Positions 9,446 to 21,192 of a stretch of 64,000 bases of DNA are shown here, piece by piece. Source of the stretch: Alphaproteobacteria bacterium (GTDB lineage: Bacteria > Pseudomonadota > Alphaproteobacteria > UBA6615). Position 1 is the stretch's first letter; each line of letters begins with the position of its first letter. The notes beneath the pieces were generated by a model, which saw only the letters and a list, made by a program, of their open reading frames with translations, was not told the DNA's origin and did no database searches. The DNA is taken from contig CBDHEC010000018.1 in assembly GCA_965261975.1 (NCBI GenBank), forward strand, positions 1 through 64,000. The letters run 5' to 3'. The translations under genes and the position numbers were made by a program.

Positions 9446-11425
9446 TCAGTCTTCCACGGGTTCGAGTTGCAACAATTCGGCCCCCTCGGCCACCTGATCT
9501 CCCTCGGCGAAGTATACCGACGCTACCCTGCCATCCCCCGGCGCGGTGATTGCATGCTCCATTTTCATCGCTTCGAGGACCATCAGGGTCTGCCCGCGGC
9601 TCACCTGTTCGTCCGGCACAACCATCACCCGGGATACCTTGCCCGGCATCGGGGCATTCAACCCGCCGGACGCGCCCGCGCGCTCCGATGCCTCGTCGAC
9701 GGCGACAATGCGTTCCAGGCGTATTTGGGTGCCTTCCGCAACGGCGAAGAACACGCCGCCCGACGCATACGCCGTCCAGCCGTCACGGCCGGTTTCCAGG
9801 TCGACGGCATGGCCTTCCGGCGACGCCAGCAAGACCCGGTCCCGTTCATGGACCACGCGAACAGACATCTCGTCATCACCGTCGCGAAACCGCAGGGTTT
9901 CCACGTTCTGGAGGTTCGCACGCCAGCTGTCCGACGACGCCCAGGGAGAGTTCGCTTCGCCGCGTGCGCTGGCCTTGTCTCTCGCCTGTTGCCCGCGTTG
10001 CGCCAACAAACAGGCGACAATTGATGCGAGTGCGCCATCGGGCACACCGTCACGTCCCGGGATGAGTAGGTCGCGATGCCTTTCGATGAATCCCGTGTCC
10101 ACCTTGCCGTCGACGAATTCCGGATGCGTGACGGCCCGGCGCAGGAACGCCTGGTTGGTCACCGGCCCCACGCAAACGAGGTCGGCCAGCAATCCATCCA
10201 GCGCCGCGATCGCACCATCACGGTCGGCGCCATGGGCGATCACCTTGGCAATCATCGGGTCATAGGAAACGGCGATATCGTCTCCCGACCGCACGCCGGT
10301 GTCGACGCGTACCGATGAACCCATCTCCGGCACCTCGAATGCGACCACATGGCCGGGTGCCGGCAGAAAGTCGCGGTCCGGGTCTTCCGCGTAGAGCCGG
10401 GCTTCGATCGCATGACCGTTCAGCACGATGTCCGACTGTGCCAGCGGCAGGGTTTCGCCGTCGGCGACGCGCAACTGCCATTCGACGAGATCCAGCCCTG
10501 TGACGAACTCGCTGACCGGATGCTCGACCTGAAGCCGTGTATTCATCTCCATGAAATAGAACGGTCCATTGGCACCATCGGTGGTCGCATCGACTATGAA
10601 TTCGACCGTGCCCGCACCCGAATAATCGATCACCTTCGCCGCCGCGACGGCGGCCGCGCCGATCTCCGCACGGCGCGCGTCCGTCATGCCCGGTGCGGGT
10701 GCTTCTTCCACGACCTTCTGGTAACGCCGCTGCAAGGAGCAATCCCGCTCGAACAGGTGAACCACGTTGCCATGGTCGTCGCCGAAGACCTGGACCTCGA
10801 TGTGACGGGGAATGGTCAGATACTTCTCGATCAGCACCCGATCGTTGCCGAACGCCCCGCGTGCCTCGCGCTGGGCAGCAGCGAGGGCCTCGTCGAATTC
10901 GGCCGCGGTTTCGACGATCCGCATACCCCGACCGCCGCCGCCGGCGGATGCCTTGATCAGCACCGGAAACCCGATTTCCGCCGCCTTTGTCGCCAACACC
11001 GCCGGGTCCTGATCGGCGTCGTGATAGCCGGGGACCAATGGTACATCTGCCTGCGACATCACGTCCTTGGACGCGGCCTTGTCGCCCATCGCACGCATCG
11101 CCGCGGCACTCGGCCCGACCAGGCGAATTCCAGCCGCCGCACAGGCATCCGCGAAGTCTGCATTCTCCGACAGAAAACCATAGCCCGGGTGGATCGCGTC
11201 GGCCCTGGTCTCCCGTGCAGCGTCGATCACCGCTTCGATATTCAGATAACTCTCGGCCGCCGTGTCCGGGCCGACCCGCACCGCCTCGTCGGCCGCCGCC
11301 ACATGCATCGCCTCCGCGTCGGTGTCGGAATAGATCGCGATCACGTGGACACCCATGCGCCGCGCCGTGCGCGCCACTCGGACCGCGATTTCCCCGCGGT
11401 TGGCGATCAGCAGACGCTCGATCAT
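9446..11425 (-). CDS. liuD: 3-methylcrotonyl-CoA carboxylase, biotin carboxylase/biotin carrier subunit
   Basis: [31 protein letters not shown] and biotinyl motif EAMKME. Sits in the liu operon. Confidence 0.92.
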   Translation of the reverse strand: MIERLLIANRGEIAVRVARTARRMGVHVIAIYSDTDAEAMHVAAADEAVRVGPDTAAESYLNIEAVIDAARETRADAIHPGYGFLSENADFADACAAAGIRLVGPSAAAMRAMGDKAASKDVMSQADVPLVPGYHDADQDPAVLATKAAEIGFPVLIKASAGGGGRGMRIVETAAEFDEALAAAQREARGAFGNDRVLIEKYLTIPRHIEVQVFGDDHGNVVHLFERDCSLQRRYQKVVEEAPAPGMTDARRAEIGAAAVAAAKVIDYSGAGTVEFIVDATTDGANGPFYFMEMNTRLQVEHPVSEFVTGLDLVEWQLRVADGETLPLAQSDIVLNGHAIEARLYAEDPDRDFLPAPGHVVAFEVPEMGSSVRVDTGVRSGDDIAVSYDPMIAKVIAHGADRDGAIAALDGLLADLVCVGPVTNQAFLRRAVTHPEFVDGKVDTGFIERHRDLLIPGRDGVPDGALASIVACLLAQRGQQARDKASARGEANSPWASSDSWRANLQNVETLRFRDGDDEMSVRVVHERDRVLLASPEGHAVDLETGRDGWTAYASGGVFFAVAEGTQIRLERIVAVDEASERAGASGGLNAPMPGKVSRVMVVPDEQVSRGQTLMVLEAMKMEHAITAPGDGRVASVYFAEGDQVAEGAELLQLEPVED

Positions 11426-12372
11426 TCATCGGCTCCAGGTTTACGGTCGGCCTCGCGGACGTAGCGCATAATCTCCGCGAACCCGAACAGGAACAGCAGG
11501 ATACCGAGCATCACCTCGATCGCCGCGACGACCCGCACCGCCTCGCCCGCCGGCGTGATGTCGCCATAGCCGACGGTGGACATGGTGATGAGCGAAAAAT
11601 ACAGCCCATCGGAGAAGCTGATCGCGGACCGCGCGCCCTCGACGAAGAAAATCGGTTCGGATGCAAGCCGGTCCATGATCCGGAAGATCATCGCAAACAC
11701 AATTACGATGAACGAATAGAGGGTAAAAAAGGCAAATGCCGGACGGAACAATCGACCGGTGCGCACGAAGAACTGGTCGAACAGCAGTCCGGTATCAATC
11801 AGGAACAGGCAAATTTGCCGACTGACCGCGGCCACGAGGACAGCAATGACCGCCATCGATCCCACGAGCACAAGGCTGATCGCGCCCCCATCAAGATCGA
11901 GACGCGGCAGCGCAAATGTCGCCGCAGCGATCGCAAAGACCGGAACGGTCCAGAGAAACTTCCGGGCGGACAGATGCGCGCGGCGCAACTCCTCAACCCG
12001 GGAAAGTTGGTGGATATCGTTTCGCTTCATGGCGACGGCGGCCATGAAAACAAGGATCGGCGAGAGATAGCCGACGGCAATCGCCCAAGGTGCTGCACCT
12101 ACGAAATTGGTCAGCTGCAGGAACGAGTAGACACTAGTATAGATCGCCAGCGAGTTCACAAAGGCGAGCACGAAAAAGCGGCTACCGGGAAACATCCAGA
12201 GGAACAGGCCGGAAGCCCCGAAAACGGCGCCGAGAATGATGATGGTCAGCAAGCCGAAGAAATCGGTTACCCCCACCGCAACCAGCAGCACGATAAGGGC
12301 GGAAAACCCGACCGCCCCCAGCCAACCCTGGTGACTGATACCGACGCTCACGCTTTTGTCGTCGTCCGCCAT
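11422..12372 (-). CDS. Potassium channel family protein (Ion_trans_2 pore with N-terminal multi-TM domain)
   Basis: Selectivity filter YFSLITMSTVGYGDITP flanked by two TM helices, with about six further hydrophobic segments upstream. Confidence 0.85.
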   Translation of the reverse strand: MADDDKSVSVGISHQGWLGAVGFSALIVLLVAVGVTDFFGLLTIIILGAVFGASGLFLWMFPGSRFFVLAFVNSLAIYTSVYSFLQLTNFVGAAPWAIAVGYLSPILVFMAAVAMKRNDIHQLSRVEELRRAHLSARKFLWTVPVFAIAAATFALPRLDLDGGAISLVLVGSMAVIAVLVAAVSRQICLFLIDTGLLFDQFFVRTGRLFRPAFAFFTLYSFIVIVFAMIFRIMDRLASEPIFFVEGARSAISFSDGLYFSLITMSTVGYGDITPAGEAVRVVAAIEVMLGILLFLFGFAEIMRYVREADRKPGADE

Positions 12373-13145
12373 TTCGGCCCCCGCTTTTCCAGAAAGGCTT
12401 GCACGCCTTCGCGACCCTCGTCGGTCGCACGGATATCGGCAATCCGCTGCGCGGTATTCTCGACCATCGCGTCATCGACAGCCCCGGACGCGACCCGGCG
12501 GATCAGGTCCTTGGACGCCGCCATCGCCGCCGGCCCATTGTCGAGCAGGACATTGATCAGTTCGTCCAGCCGCCCGTCGAGCCGCTCTTGCGGCACCACC
12601 TCGTGCACCAGCCCGAGTGCGAGCGCCGTCTCGGCGTCAAACCGTTCGGCCGTCTGGAAGTATCGCCGCGCGGCCCGCGCGCCGATCGCCTCAACCACAT
12701 AAGGGCTGATGACCGACGGTATCAGGCCCAGCCGCGCCTCCGACAGACAGAAACTCGCGGCCTGGGAGGCCAGCGCAATATCGCAGGCCGCCACCAGTCC
12801 AACCCCGCCGCCGAATGCGGCCCCCTGGACCCGCGCGATCGTCGGCCGCGGCAGTTCGTTGAGAACCCGGACCATATCCGCGAGCTTGCGCGCGTCTTCA
12901 AGATTCTCGGCGTCGGAATAGTCGGCCATGCGTTGCATCCAGCCCAGATCGGCGCCGGCAGAGAAGCTCTTGCCCTCGCCCTCCAGCACGACCACCCGCA
13001 CCGCATCATCCTGCCCGGCGGCCTCGAACGCCGCCGACAGATCAGCGATCAGCCCGTCGTCGAACGCGTTGTGTTTCTCGGGTCGCGCCATGGTGATCCG
13101 GCCGACCCCGCCCGACACATCCAGTCTGATTGCGTCATCACTCAT
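12348..13145 (-). CDS. liuC: Methylglutaconyl-CoA hydratase (enoyl-CoA hydratase family)
   Basis: FSAGADLGWM, AFGGGVGLVAACDI and SEARLGLIP motifs. Lies between the MCC subunits; start MSDDAIRL at 13145. Confidence 0.88.
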   Translation of the reverse strand: MSDDAIRLDVSGGVGRITMARPEKHNAFDDGLIADLSAAFEAAGQDDAVRVVVLEGEGKSFSAGADLGWMQRMADYSDAENLEDARKLADMVRVLNELPRPTIARVQGAAFGGGVGLVAACDIALASQAASFCLSEARLGLIPSVISPYVVEAIGARAARRYFQTAERFDAETALALGLVHEVVPQERLDGRLDELINVLLDNGPAAMAASKDLIRRVASGAVDDAMVENTAQRIADIRATDEGREGVQAFLEKRGPKWRTTTKA

Positions 13146-13147
13146 CG

Positions 13148-14755
13148 CTACATCCTGAACACGCCGAAGCGTGTCTCTTCTACCGGCGCATTCAAGGACG
13201 CGGACAATCCCAACCCGAGCACCCGGCGCGTATCCGCCGGGTCGATGATCCCGTCGTCCCACAATCGCGCGCTGGCATAATAGGGGTGTCCCTGGGTTTC
13301 ATACTGTTCCTCGATGGGGCGCTTGAATTCCGCCTCATCCTCTTCGGTCCAGGTCTCGCCCCGGCCCTCGATATTGTCGCGCGTCACCTGGGCCAGCACG
13401 TTCGCGGCCTGGGGGCCGCCCATCACCGAAATCCGCGCATTCGGCCACATCCAGAGGAACCGCGGGCTGTAGGCGCGCCCACACATGCCGTAGTTCCCGG
13501 CCCCGAAGCTGCCGCCGATGATGACGGTGAGCTTCGGCACGTTGGCGCAGGCGACCGCCATGACCATCTTCGCGCCGGCCTTGGCGATGCCGCCGGCCTC
13601 GTATTTCTGCCCGACCATGAAGCCGGAGATATTCTGCAGAAAGACCAGCGGAATGCCGCGCTGGCTGCACAGCTCGATGAAGTGCGCACCCTTCTGGGCC
13701 GATTCCGAAAACAGGATGCCGTTGTTGGCAATGATGCCCACCGGGTAGCCATGAATATGCGCCACGCCCGTCACAAGCGTCTCACCATAGCGCGCCTTGA
13801 ATTCGTCGAACTCGCTGCCGTCGACGATCCGCGCGATCACCTCGCGCACATCATAGGGCTTGCGGATGTCGGCATTCACCACGCCGTACAATTCCTCGGC
13901 CGCGTAAAGCGGGTCGCGCGGCGCGGCCAGCTCCAGGCCCACATGCTTGGGCCGGTTCAGGTTGGCCACGATCTGGCGCACCTGCGACAGGGCGTGGGTG
14001 TCGTCCTCGGCCAGATGATCGGCCACGCCGCTGATGCGCGTATGTACATCCGCACCCCCCAGATCCTCGGCCGAGACGATCTCCCCCGTCGCCGCCTTCA
14101 CCAGCGGTGGCCCGGCCAGGAAGATCGTGCCCTGATCCTTGACGATGATCGCCTCGTCCGACATCGCCGGCACATAGGCGCCGCCCGCCGTGCACGAGCC
14201 CATTACCGCCGCGATCTGCGGAATGCCCGCGGACGACATAGTCGCCTGATTGTAGAAAATCCGGCCGAAATGCTCCCGGTCAGGAAACACGTCATCCTGC
14301 TGGGGCAGGTTCGCACCACCCGAATCCACCAGGTAGATGCACGGCAGGTTATTCTCGCGCGCGATCTCCTGGGCCCGCAGATGCTTCTTCACGGTGATCG
14401 GAAAATAGGTCCCGCCCTTGACCGTCGCGTCGTTGGCCACGATCACGCATTCGCGGCCCGACACCCGGCCGATGCCCGTCAGGATTCCGCCCGCGGGCAC
14501 CACATCCTCGTACATCTCCCACCCGGCGAACTGGGAGAACTCCATGAAGGGCGCACCCTCGTCCAGCAGGGTGTTGATCCGGTCACGGGGTAACAGCTTG
14601 CCCCGGCCAAGATGCCGCGCGCGGGATTTCTCGCCGCCGCCTTGCTCGATCTGCCCGACTTTCTCGCGCAGATCGCCGACGACCGCGTCCATCGCCGCCG
14701 TATTTTCCGCGAACAGCTCGGATTTCGTATCGAGGCTGGATTTCAAAACGGTCAT
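13148..14755 (-). CDS. liuB: 3-methylcrotonyl-CoA carboxylase carboxyltransferase subunit
   Basis: [44 protein letters not shown] and SARLWDDG motifs. Confidence 0.95.
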   Translation of the reverse strand: MTVLKSSLDTKSELFAENTAAMDAVVGDLREKVGQIEQGGGEKSRARHLGRGKLLPRDRINTLLDEGAPFMEFSQFAGWEMYEDVVPAGGILTGIGRVSGRECVIVANDATVKGGTYFPITVKKHLRAQEIARENNLPCIYLVDSGGANLPQQDDVFPDREHFGRIFYNQATMSSAGIPQIAAVMGSCTAGGAYVPAMSDEAIIVKDQGTIFLAGPPLVKAATGEIVSAEDLGGADVHTRISGVADHLAEDDTHALSQVRQIVANLNRPKHVGLELAAPRDPLYAAEELYGVVNADIRKPYDVREVIARIVDGSEFDEFKARYGETLVTGVAHIHGYPVGIIANNGILFSESAQKGAHFIELCSQRGIPLVFLQNISGFMVGQKYEAGGIAKAGAKMVMAVACANVPKLTVIIGGSFGAGNYGMCGRAYSPRFLWMWPNARISVMGGPQAANVLAQVTRDNIEGRGETWTEEDEAEFKRPIEEQYETQGHPYYASARLWDDGIIDPADTRRVLGLGLSASLNAPVEETRFGVFRM

Positions 14756-14823
14756 GCTAAACGGCTCCGGGTTGCGGCGAAGGCCCCCTTCAGTGAGAGG
14801 CTAGCTGTGGTAGAAACGCGGCA

Positions 14824-15789
14824 ATGAGCAATCTGCCGACCAAATCCGAGATCGAATCCGCCGCCGAGACGGTCTATGCGGGCATGGCGCCAACCCCGCA
14901 ATATGCGTGGCCCCTGCTGGCCGCGGCGAGCGGCACGAATGTCTGGGTGAAGCATGAGAACCACACGCCCACCGGCGCCTTCAAGGTGCGCGGCGGGTTG
15001 GTGCACATGGCCAACCTGCGCGCCCGAAACCCCGGCATTCGCGGTGTCATCGCCGCCACGCGCGGCAACCACGGACAATCCATCGCCTACGGCGCACGGG
15101 CCAACGGCATCGACGCGGTCATCGTCGTACCCGAGGGCAACTCGGCCGAAAAGAACGCCGCCATGCAGGCCTTCGGCGCGGAACTCGTCGTTCACGGCCA
15201 CGACTTTCAGGCCGCGCTCGAATTTGCCGAGGGGCTGGCCGGCGAACGCGGCCTCGAGATGATCCCGTCCTTCGCCGTCGAACTCGCCCACGGCGTGGCG
15301 ACCTACGGCATGGAACTGCTGACGGCCGCGCCGGAGATCGAAACCCTCTATGTCCCGATCGGTCTCGGGTCCGGAATCACCGGCTGCATTGCCGCGCGGG
15401 AAGCGCTCGGCCTGAAAACCGAGATCGTCGGCGTGGTTGCGGAGAACGCGCCGGCATATGCGCTGTCCTTCGCCAAGGGCGAGGCCGTGTCGACCAACAG
15501 CGCCGACACCTTTGCCGACGGGCTTGCCTGCCGGGTGCCGGCCGCCGACGCGGTACCCATCATCTGTGAACATGCCGCCCGGGTGATCACCGTCAGCGAG
15601 GACGAGATCCGGGCCGCGATCCGGCTCTATTTCAGCGCCACCCACAACCTGGTTGAAGGCGCAGGTGCGGCGGCGCTCGCCGCGCTCATGCAGGAGCGCA
15701 CCATCATGGCCGGGAAGACCGTGGGCGTCGTGCTGTCGGGCGGGAATATCGACCGCGCGCTCTACCAAGAGATCATCTCCTCCGACTAG
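14824..15789 (+). CDS. PLP-dependent threonine/serine dehydratase family protein
   Basis: KHENHTPTGAFKVRGG, TRGNHGQS, PIGLGSG and LSGGNID motifs. Confidence 0.88.
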   Translation: MSNLPTKSEIESAAETVYAGMAPTPQYAWPLLAAASGTNVWVKHENHTPTGAFKVRGGLVHMANLRARNPGIRGVIAATRGNHGQSIAYGARANGIDAVIVVPEGNSAEKNAAMQAFGAELVVHGHDFQAALEFAEGLAGERGLEMIPSFAVELAHGVATYGMELLTAAPEIETLYVPIGLGSGITGCIAAREALGLKTEIVGVVAENAPAYALSFAKGEAVSTNSADTFADGLACRVPAADAVPIICEHAARVITVSEDEIRAAIRLYFSATHNLVEGAGAAALAALMQERTIMAGKTVGVVLSGGNIDRALYQEIISSD

Positions 15790-15795
15790 ATCGAC

Positions 15796-16395
15796 TTACC
15801 AGCCGCCCGTCTCGAGCCAGCGCTCGACCATATCGAGCCGGTCCGCACCCCAGAAAGCCTCGCCGTCGACCACCATGAAGGGCGAACCGAAGATCTCCCG
15901 CGAGATGGCGTCATCGGTCACGGTCTTGAGTTGCTCCTTCACGGCCGCGTCCTGGAGACCGGCGGCCAGCGCTTCGGCATCGAAGCCCGCCTTCGCCGCG
16001 ATCGCGACGACCGCGTCGGGCGCCGCAATGTCCTGGCCTTCGCCCAGCGCGGCGTTGTAGAGCGCCAGCGTCATCTCCGCCGCCTTGCCGTCACCCTTCG
16101 CCCAGTAAACCGCCCGCGACGCGGCCACCGGCGAGAACGGGAAATCCTCAGGCGGGTTGTAGGTGACCCCGTGAAACCGCGCAGATCGGGCGAAATCATG
16201 GCGCGCATAGTCGCCCTTCATGGGCACATGGGGCAGCGGCTGCGCGCCTGTCACCTTGAAGACGGCGCCCAGCAGAAATGGTTTCCAATCAACGGTGCGG
16301 CCATGCTTCGCCGCCAGTTCGCCGATCTTGTGGGCCGCGATGTAGCCGTACGGGCTGTTGAAGTCATAAAAGAACTCGATTGGTTCACCGGACAT
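15796..16395 (-). CDS. 2-hydroxychromene-2-carboxylate isomerase / kappa-GST (DsbA family)
   Basis: IEFFYDFNSPYGY, WKPFLLG and FGSPFMVVDGEAFWGADRL motifs. Confidence 0.85.
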   Translation of the reverse strand: MSGEPIEFFYDFNSPYGYIAAHKIGELAAKHGRTVDWKPFLLGAVFKVTGAQPLPHVPMKGDYARHDFARSARFHGVTYNPPEDFPFSPVAASRAVYWAKGDGKAAEMTLALYNAALGEGQDIAAPDAVVAIAAKAGFDAEALAAGLQDAAVKEQLKTVTDDAISREIFGSPFMVVDGEAFWGADRLDMVERWLETGGW

Positions 16396-16428
16396 TTTCC
16401 ATTCCCCCTCTTTCTTGTTCTGGTTGCT

Positions 16429-17565
16429 TCAGGCCACCGCGATGTCGCGGCCGATGATCAGCCGCTGGATATCGCTGGTGCCTTCATAGATTTTCGTAAC
16501 CCGGACATCGCGATAGATGCGTTCCACCGGGAAGTCCTGCAGGTAGCCGTAGCCGCCATGAATCTGGATGGCATCCGAGCAGACTTCCTCGGCGATCTCC
16601 GACGCGTAGAGCTTCGCCATCGCCGCCTCGGTCAGGCAAGGCTCGCCCGCATCGCGCAACCGCGCGGCGTTATGAGTGAGCTGGCGCGCCGCCTCGAGCT
16701 TGGTGCGCATATCAGCCAACCGGAACGTCACCGCCTGATGCTCGATGATGGCCTGGCCGAAGGTCTCGCGTTCCTTCGCATAGGCCAGCGCGTGTTCGTA
16801 GGCAGCCCGTGCCATACCGATCGCCTGGGCGGCGATGCCGATGCGGCCGCCCTCCAGGTTCGACAGCGCAATCCGGTACCCCTCGCCTTCCTCTCCCAGC
16901 AGGAGATCGGGGGTCAGCTCCATGTCGTCGAAGACGAGCTGGCAGGTATCGGATGCGCGCTGGCCCATCTTCGCCTCGACCGACGCGACCCGGTAGCCCG
17001 GCGTGTCCGTCGGAACGACGAAGGCGCTCATGCCCTTGCCGCCGGCCTCGGGGTCGGTCTTGGCGAACACGATCGCAATATCGGCGTTCTTGCCCGAGGT
17101 GATGAATTGCTTCGTGCCGTTGAGCACGTATTTGTTGCCGCGCTTCTCCGCCCGAGTGCGAATGGCCCCGGCATCCGACCCCGCACCCGGCTCGGTGAGC
17201 GCGAACGCGCCGAGCATCTCACCCGCCGCCAGCGGGCGCAGGAACCGCTCCTTCTGCTCTTCGCTGCCGAAGTTCAGGACGGGCAGACAGGCGACGGAAT
17301 TATGCACCGCCATGATGGTTGAGCATGCGCCGTCGCCCGCTGCGATCTCCTCAAGTGCCAGCGCGTGAGTAAGCGTGTCGGCACCCGCGCCGCCCCAATC
17401 CTCGGGCACGACCATGCCCAGCAGACCCAGCTCGGCCATGCCGGTTACGGCTTCTTCGGGATATCGGGACTCCCGGTCCCAAGCCGCAGCATTCGGCGCG
17501 AGCTGCTCGGCCGCAAAGCTCCGCGCCATATCGCGGATCATGACCTGTTCGTCAGTCAGCGGCAT
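16429..17565 (-). CDS. Short/branched-chain acyl-CoA dehydrogenase
   Basis: [28 protein letters not shown] and [11 protein letters not shown] motifs. Confidence 0.92.
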   Translation of the reverse strand: MPLTDEQVMIRDMARSFAAEQLAPNAAAWDRESRYPEEAVTGMAELGLLGMVVPEDWGGAGADTLTHALALEEIAAGDGACSTIMAVHNSVACLPVLNFGSEEQKERFLRPLAAGEMLGAFALTEPGAGSDAGAIRTRAEKRGNKYVLNGTKQFITSGKNADIAIVFAKTDPEAGGKGMSAFVVPTDTPGYRVASVEAKMGQRASDTCQLVFDDMELTPDLLLGEEGEGYRIALSNLEGGRIGIAAQAIGMARAAYEHALAYAKERETFGQAIIEHQAVTFRLADMRTKLEAARQLTHNAARLRDAGEPCLTEAAMAKLYASEIAEEVCSDAIQIHGGYGYLQDFPVERIYRDVRVTKIYEGTSDIQRLIIGRDIAVA

Positions 17566-18208
17566 TGATCGTTGTCTCTCCCGCCACGAGTTCCGTCATC
17601 CCATCACCTTCCGGATCGATGCTGCACAGCCGACCGGCCTGCAGATCGACCCACCAGCCGTGCAGATGCAGCTCGCCAGCCTCCACCTTCTCCGCAACCC
17701 AGGGGAAACTCATCAGATTGCGCAATGACACCCTGATGCCGGCATGCTCCACGGTTTCCTGGTCCGGCACATTGCCGTCGGCGTCGCATGGGCAGGCATC
17801 CGCCGCAATCTGCATCCAGGGCGCGATGAAATCGCGCGGTAATTCCTCGCCCGCGCTGGTGGCACGAAGCGCCCCGATGCCGCCGCAGGCCGAATGCCCG
17901 AGAATGACGACATGGCGAACGCCCAGGTCGCGCACGGCAAACTCCATCGCCGCACTCGTTCCATGGGGGTGTCCGTCCGGGCCGTAGGGCGGCACCAGGT
18001 TCGCGACGTTGCGCACCACGAACAATTCGCCCGGCTCGCTGTCGAACAACAGGGCCGGATCGATGCGTGAATCCGCGCATGCGATGACCAACACATCCGG
18101 CGACTGCCCGTGCACCGCCAACTCGTGCATGCGCTCTGGGCGCTGCTCATAATACCGGGCGCGAAACCCCCGATATCCCGCGACCAAACGTTGAACTGCC
18201 TCTACCAC
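17552..18208 (-). CDS. Beta-class carbonic anhydrase
   Basis: [21 protein letters not shown] and GHSACGG (zinc ligands C, H, C). GTG start at 18208 with AGGAGG RBS. Confidence 0.92.
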   Translation of the reverse strand: MVEAVQRLVAGYRGFRARYYEQRPERMHELAVHGQSPDVLVIACADSRIDPALLFDSEPGELFVVRNVANLVPPYGPDGHPHGTSAAMEFAVRDLGVRHVVILGHSACGGIGALRATSAGEELPRDFIAPWMQIAADACPCDADGNVPDQETVEHAGIRVSLRNLMSFPWVAEKVEAGELHLHGWWVDLQAGRLCSIDPEGDGMTELVAGETTINAAD

Positions 18209-18870
18209 GCGACCTCCTTGCCTCGATAATCCAGAAACCGGCCGCTGTCCGTCGCGGACAGGCTGGCCAATACGTTGCGAATACCGCGTACGCTCTCTTC
18301 GGGTGATAGCGACGCATAGCTGCCGGTCATGTCCGTACGCACATAACCGGGATGCAGCGCGACCGCGGTTACCCCCCGTGCCCGCCATTCGGGCTCATTC
18401 GCGCGGAACCGTTTGTTGAGTTCACCCTTGGAATCTCCATACAGGTCCTGGCTTCCCCCGCGTGGCTTGCCCGAACCCTGGACGCTCGACATCACGGCCA
18501 CCTTCCGCTCACGGCTGGCAACGACACTGTCGAGCAGGGCCGCAACCGTGGCGATTGGCGCTTCGGCGTTGATCCGCATGGAGAGCGCGGTCGTTTCCGC
18601 GTCGCCCGCACCCCGCCCGGCGTTGATACCGGCATTGTGAATCAGAATATCGATCGCCTCGTCGGACAACGCATCGGCCAGCTCCGCGATCTGATCGTCC
18701 TCGACCACATCGAGCGGGTACAGGTTCACGTCCCCATCGATGTCAGCCAGCGCGCCGGGCGCATCCGGCGTGCGGGTGGTCGCGAGCACCCGGCACCCAT
18801 CGCCCGCATACTGGCGCGCGAGTTCAAGCCCGATTCCCCGGCTCGCACCGATCACCGCGACGGTGGTCAT
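18202..18870 (-). CDS. SDR family oxidoreductase (C-factor-like), copy 1
   Basis: GASRGIG, IHNAG, YGDSK (YxxxK) and LHPGYVRTDM motifs. Confidence 0.88.
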   Translation of the reverse strand: MTTVAVIGASRGIGLELARQYAGDGCRVLATTRTPDAPGALADIDGDVNLYPLDVVEDDQIAELADALSDEAIDILIHNAGINAGRGAGDAETTALSMRINAEAPIATVAALLDSVVASRERKVAVMSSVQGSGKPRGGSQDLYGDSKGELNKRFRANEPEWRARGVTAVALHPGYVRTDMTGSYASLSPEESVRGIRNVLASLSATDSGRFLDYRGKEVAW

Positions 18871-18898
18871 GTCCGCACCTGCCAGTTCGCCCCGTTGC

Positions 18899-19552
18899 TC
18901 ACCATGGATGCTCCGCGCCCGTCCAGGTCAGGAACTTGCCGCTGTCAGCGGGTGATAAATCGGCGATCACGCGACGCATGCCGCTCACGCTCTCATCGAT
19001 ACTGACCGACGCACTGCGCCCGCCCATGTCGGTCGCCACCCAGCCCGGGTGGAAGACGACGGACGTAACACCCGCATCGCGCCAAACCGGTTCGGCCTCA
19101 CGAAACCTGTCGTTGAGGATGCACTTGGACTCTCCGTAAAGATCCGTCGGGATGCCGCCGCCGTGACGGGCCCCCATCTGGCTCGTCAGGACCGCGATCT
19201 TCTTTTCGTCACTGCGGGCCACCGCATCGAACAGCGCAGCAACGATATTGAGCGGCGCGTCGGCGTTTACCGCCATCATCTCAGCCCGATCAACACCGCG
19301 CAGGACCCCGGCGCTGTTGATCAGATGATCGATAGCGCGATCCGTAAAAAACCCGGCCAGCGCCGCGATCTGGTCTGCATTCCTTACATCCAGCCCATGG
19401 ATGGTCACGTCGCCACCAATATCGCCCAATTCTCCGGGGCTTTCAGGCGTCCGCGTCGTCGCGTGGACCGTCCAACCGTCCTCGGCATAGGCCTGCGCAA
19501 ACCCAAGACCAATGCCCCGGCTCGCGCCGATGATCACGACCGACGGCATCAC
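18899..19552 (-). CDS. SDR family oxidoreductase (C-factor-like), copy 2
   Basis: GASRGIG, INSAG, YGESK and FHPGWVATDMGG motifs. Paralog of the adjacent gene. Confidence 0.88.
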   Translation of the reverse strand: MMPSVVIIGASRGIGLGFAQAYAEDGWTVHATTRTPESPGELGDIGGDVTIHGLDVRNADQIAALAGFFTDRAIDHLINSAGVLRGVDRAEMMAVNADAPLNIVAALFDAVARSDEKKIAVLTSQMGARHGGGIPTDLYGESKCILNDRFREAEPVWRDAGVTSVVFHPGWVATDMGGRSASVSIDESVSGMRRVIADLSPADSGKFLTWTGAEHPW

Positions 19553-19965
19553 TCGTTTCCCTTGCCGGAACTGCGGTTGCGGTTCGGGTTGGGCCGCCGC
19601 GCGGTGGCCTCAATCTCGATTTTGATACGCGGGTCAACGAGCTGTGCGATCAGTGCCGTCGCCGCGGGCGGGTTGGGTCCGAGATATTGCTTGAACACAG
19701 GCATCAGCGCTTCGTAGTCGTCCGCGTCGGCGATGTAGTAGGTCACGCGCACCAGATCGGCGAAGGAGACCCGCGCCGCGGCCAATGTGCGCGCGATGTT
19801 GCCGAAGGCCTGGTGGGCCTGCTCGACCACATCTTCGGAGATGGTCATCGTCTCATAGTCGAAGCCGGTCGTGCCCGAGACATGGACATAATCGTCGTCG
19901 ACGACCGCGCGGGAATAGCCGACGGCCTTCTCGAATTCGGAATTGGTGGAAATGCGGCGCATCAC
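19549..19965 (-). CDS. RidA/YjgF family protein
   Basis: GYSRAVV, VSGTTG, PPAAT and KIEIEATA motifs. Confidence 0.88.
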   Translation of the reverse strand: MMRRISTNSEFEKAVGYSRAVVDDDYVHVSGTTGFDYETMTISEDVVEQAHQAFGNIARTLAAARVSFADLVRVTYYIADADDYEALMPVFKQYLGPNPPAATALIAQLVDPRIKIEIEATARRPNPNRNRSSGKGNE

Positions 19966-21134
19966 GCCGTCTCTTCAAACAGTTCACGGCCGATCAGCAT
20001 GCGACGGATTTCCGACGTGCCCGCGCCGATCTCGTAGAGCTTGGCGTCGCGCAGCAGGCGACCGGTCGGGAACTCGTTGACGTAGCCGTTGCCGCCGAGG
20101 GTCTGGATCGCCTCGAGGGCCATCCAGGTCGCCTTCTCGCCCGCATACAGGATCGCGCCGGCGGCATCCTTGCGGGTCGTCTCGCCCCGGTCGCAGGCCT
20201 GTGCGACGGCGTATACATAGGCCTTGCAGGCATTCATGGTCACATACATGTCGGCGAGTTTTCCCTGCATCAGCTGGAAAGTGCCGATGGGCTGGCCGAA
20301 TTGCTCGCGCTCATGGACATAGGGAACGACGATATCCATGCAGGCCTGCATGATGCCGAGCGGGCCGGCGGCCAGCACCGCACGCTCGTAGTCGAGGCCG
20401 GACATCAGGACGTTCACGCCCTTGCCCACTTCGCCAAGCACATTCTCTTCCGGTACTTCGCAGTCCTCGAAAATCAACTCGCAGGTGTCCGATCCGCGCA
20501 TGCCCAGCTTGTCGAGCTTCTGGGCGGTCGAGAACCCCTTGAACCCGCGCTCGACGATGAAGGCCGTCATGCCGCGCGGTCCGGCATCCGGGTCGGTCTT
20601 GGCGTAGATCACATAGGTCTCCGACACCGGGCCGTTGGTGATCCACATCTTGTTGCCATTGAGGATATAGCGATCGCCCTTCTTCTCGGCCCGGGTGCGC
20701 ATCCCCACGACGTCCGAACCCGCCCCCGGCTCGCTCATCGCCAGCGCGCCCACGTTTTTGCCCGACACCAGATCCGGCAGATAACGCGCCTTCTGCTCAT
20801 CGGTGCCATTGCGGTGAATCTGGTTCACGCAGAGGTTCGAGTGGGCACCGTAGGAAAGACCGACAGACGCGGAGGCGCGGCTGACTTCTTCCATCGCCAC
20901 GCAATGCTCCAGATAGCCCAGCCCGGTCCCGCCATATTCCTCATCGACCGTGATGCCGTGCAGCCCGAGCTCGCCCATCTCGGGCCACAGATCGATCGGG
21001 AACTCGTTGTCCCGGTCGATAGCCTCGGCGCGCGGGGCAATCTTGTCGGACGCGAAACTGCGAACGGAATCCCGCAGCATGTCGGCGGTATCGCCCAGGT
21101 CGAAGCTCAGGCTCGGATATTCGTTGGGAATCAT
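19962..21134 (-). CDS. liuA: Isovaleryl-CoA dehydrogenase
   Basis: [43 protein letters not shown] and [14 protein letters not shown] motifs. Confidence 0.95.
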   Translation of the reverse strand: MIPNEYPSLSFDLGDTADMLRDSVRSFASDKIAPRAEAIDRDNEFPIDLWPEMGELGLHGITVDEEYGGTGLGYLEHCVAMEEVSRASASVGLSYGAHSNLCVNQIHRNGTDEQKARYLPDLVSGKNVGALAMSEPGAGSDVVGMRTRAEKKGDRYILNGNKMWITNGPVSETYVIYAKTDPDAGPRGMTAFIVERGFKGFSTAQKLDKLGMRGSDTCELIFEDCEVPEENVLGEVGKGVNVLMSGLDYERAVLAAGPLGIMQACMDIVVPYVHEREQFGQPIGTFQLMQGKLADMYVTMNACKAYVYAVAQACDRGETTRKDAAGAILYAGEKATWMALEAIQTLGGNGYVNEFPTGRLLRDAKLYEIGAGTSEIRRMLIGRELFEETA

Positions 21135-21192
21135 ATGTCGTCTCCACCCCGGCGGGTTTCCCACCAATTTCAGTCAAAGAATAGCGGGATTC

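Noticed and set aside
10987-14593. Long plus-strand ORFs (571 aa, 487 aa) opposite the liu genes
   Set aside because: Antisense shadow ORFs expected in high-GC coding DNA. They have no motifs and an Arg/Pro/His-rich composition.
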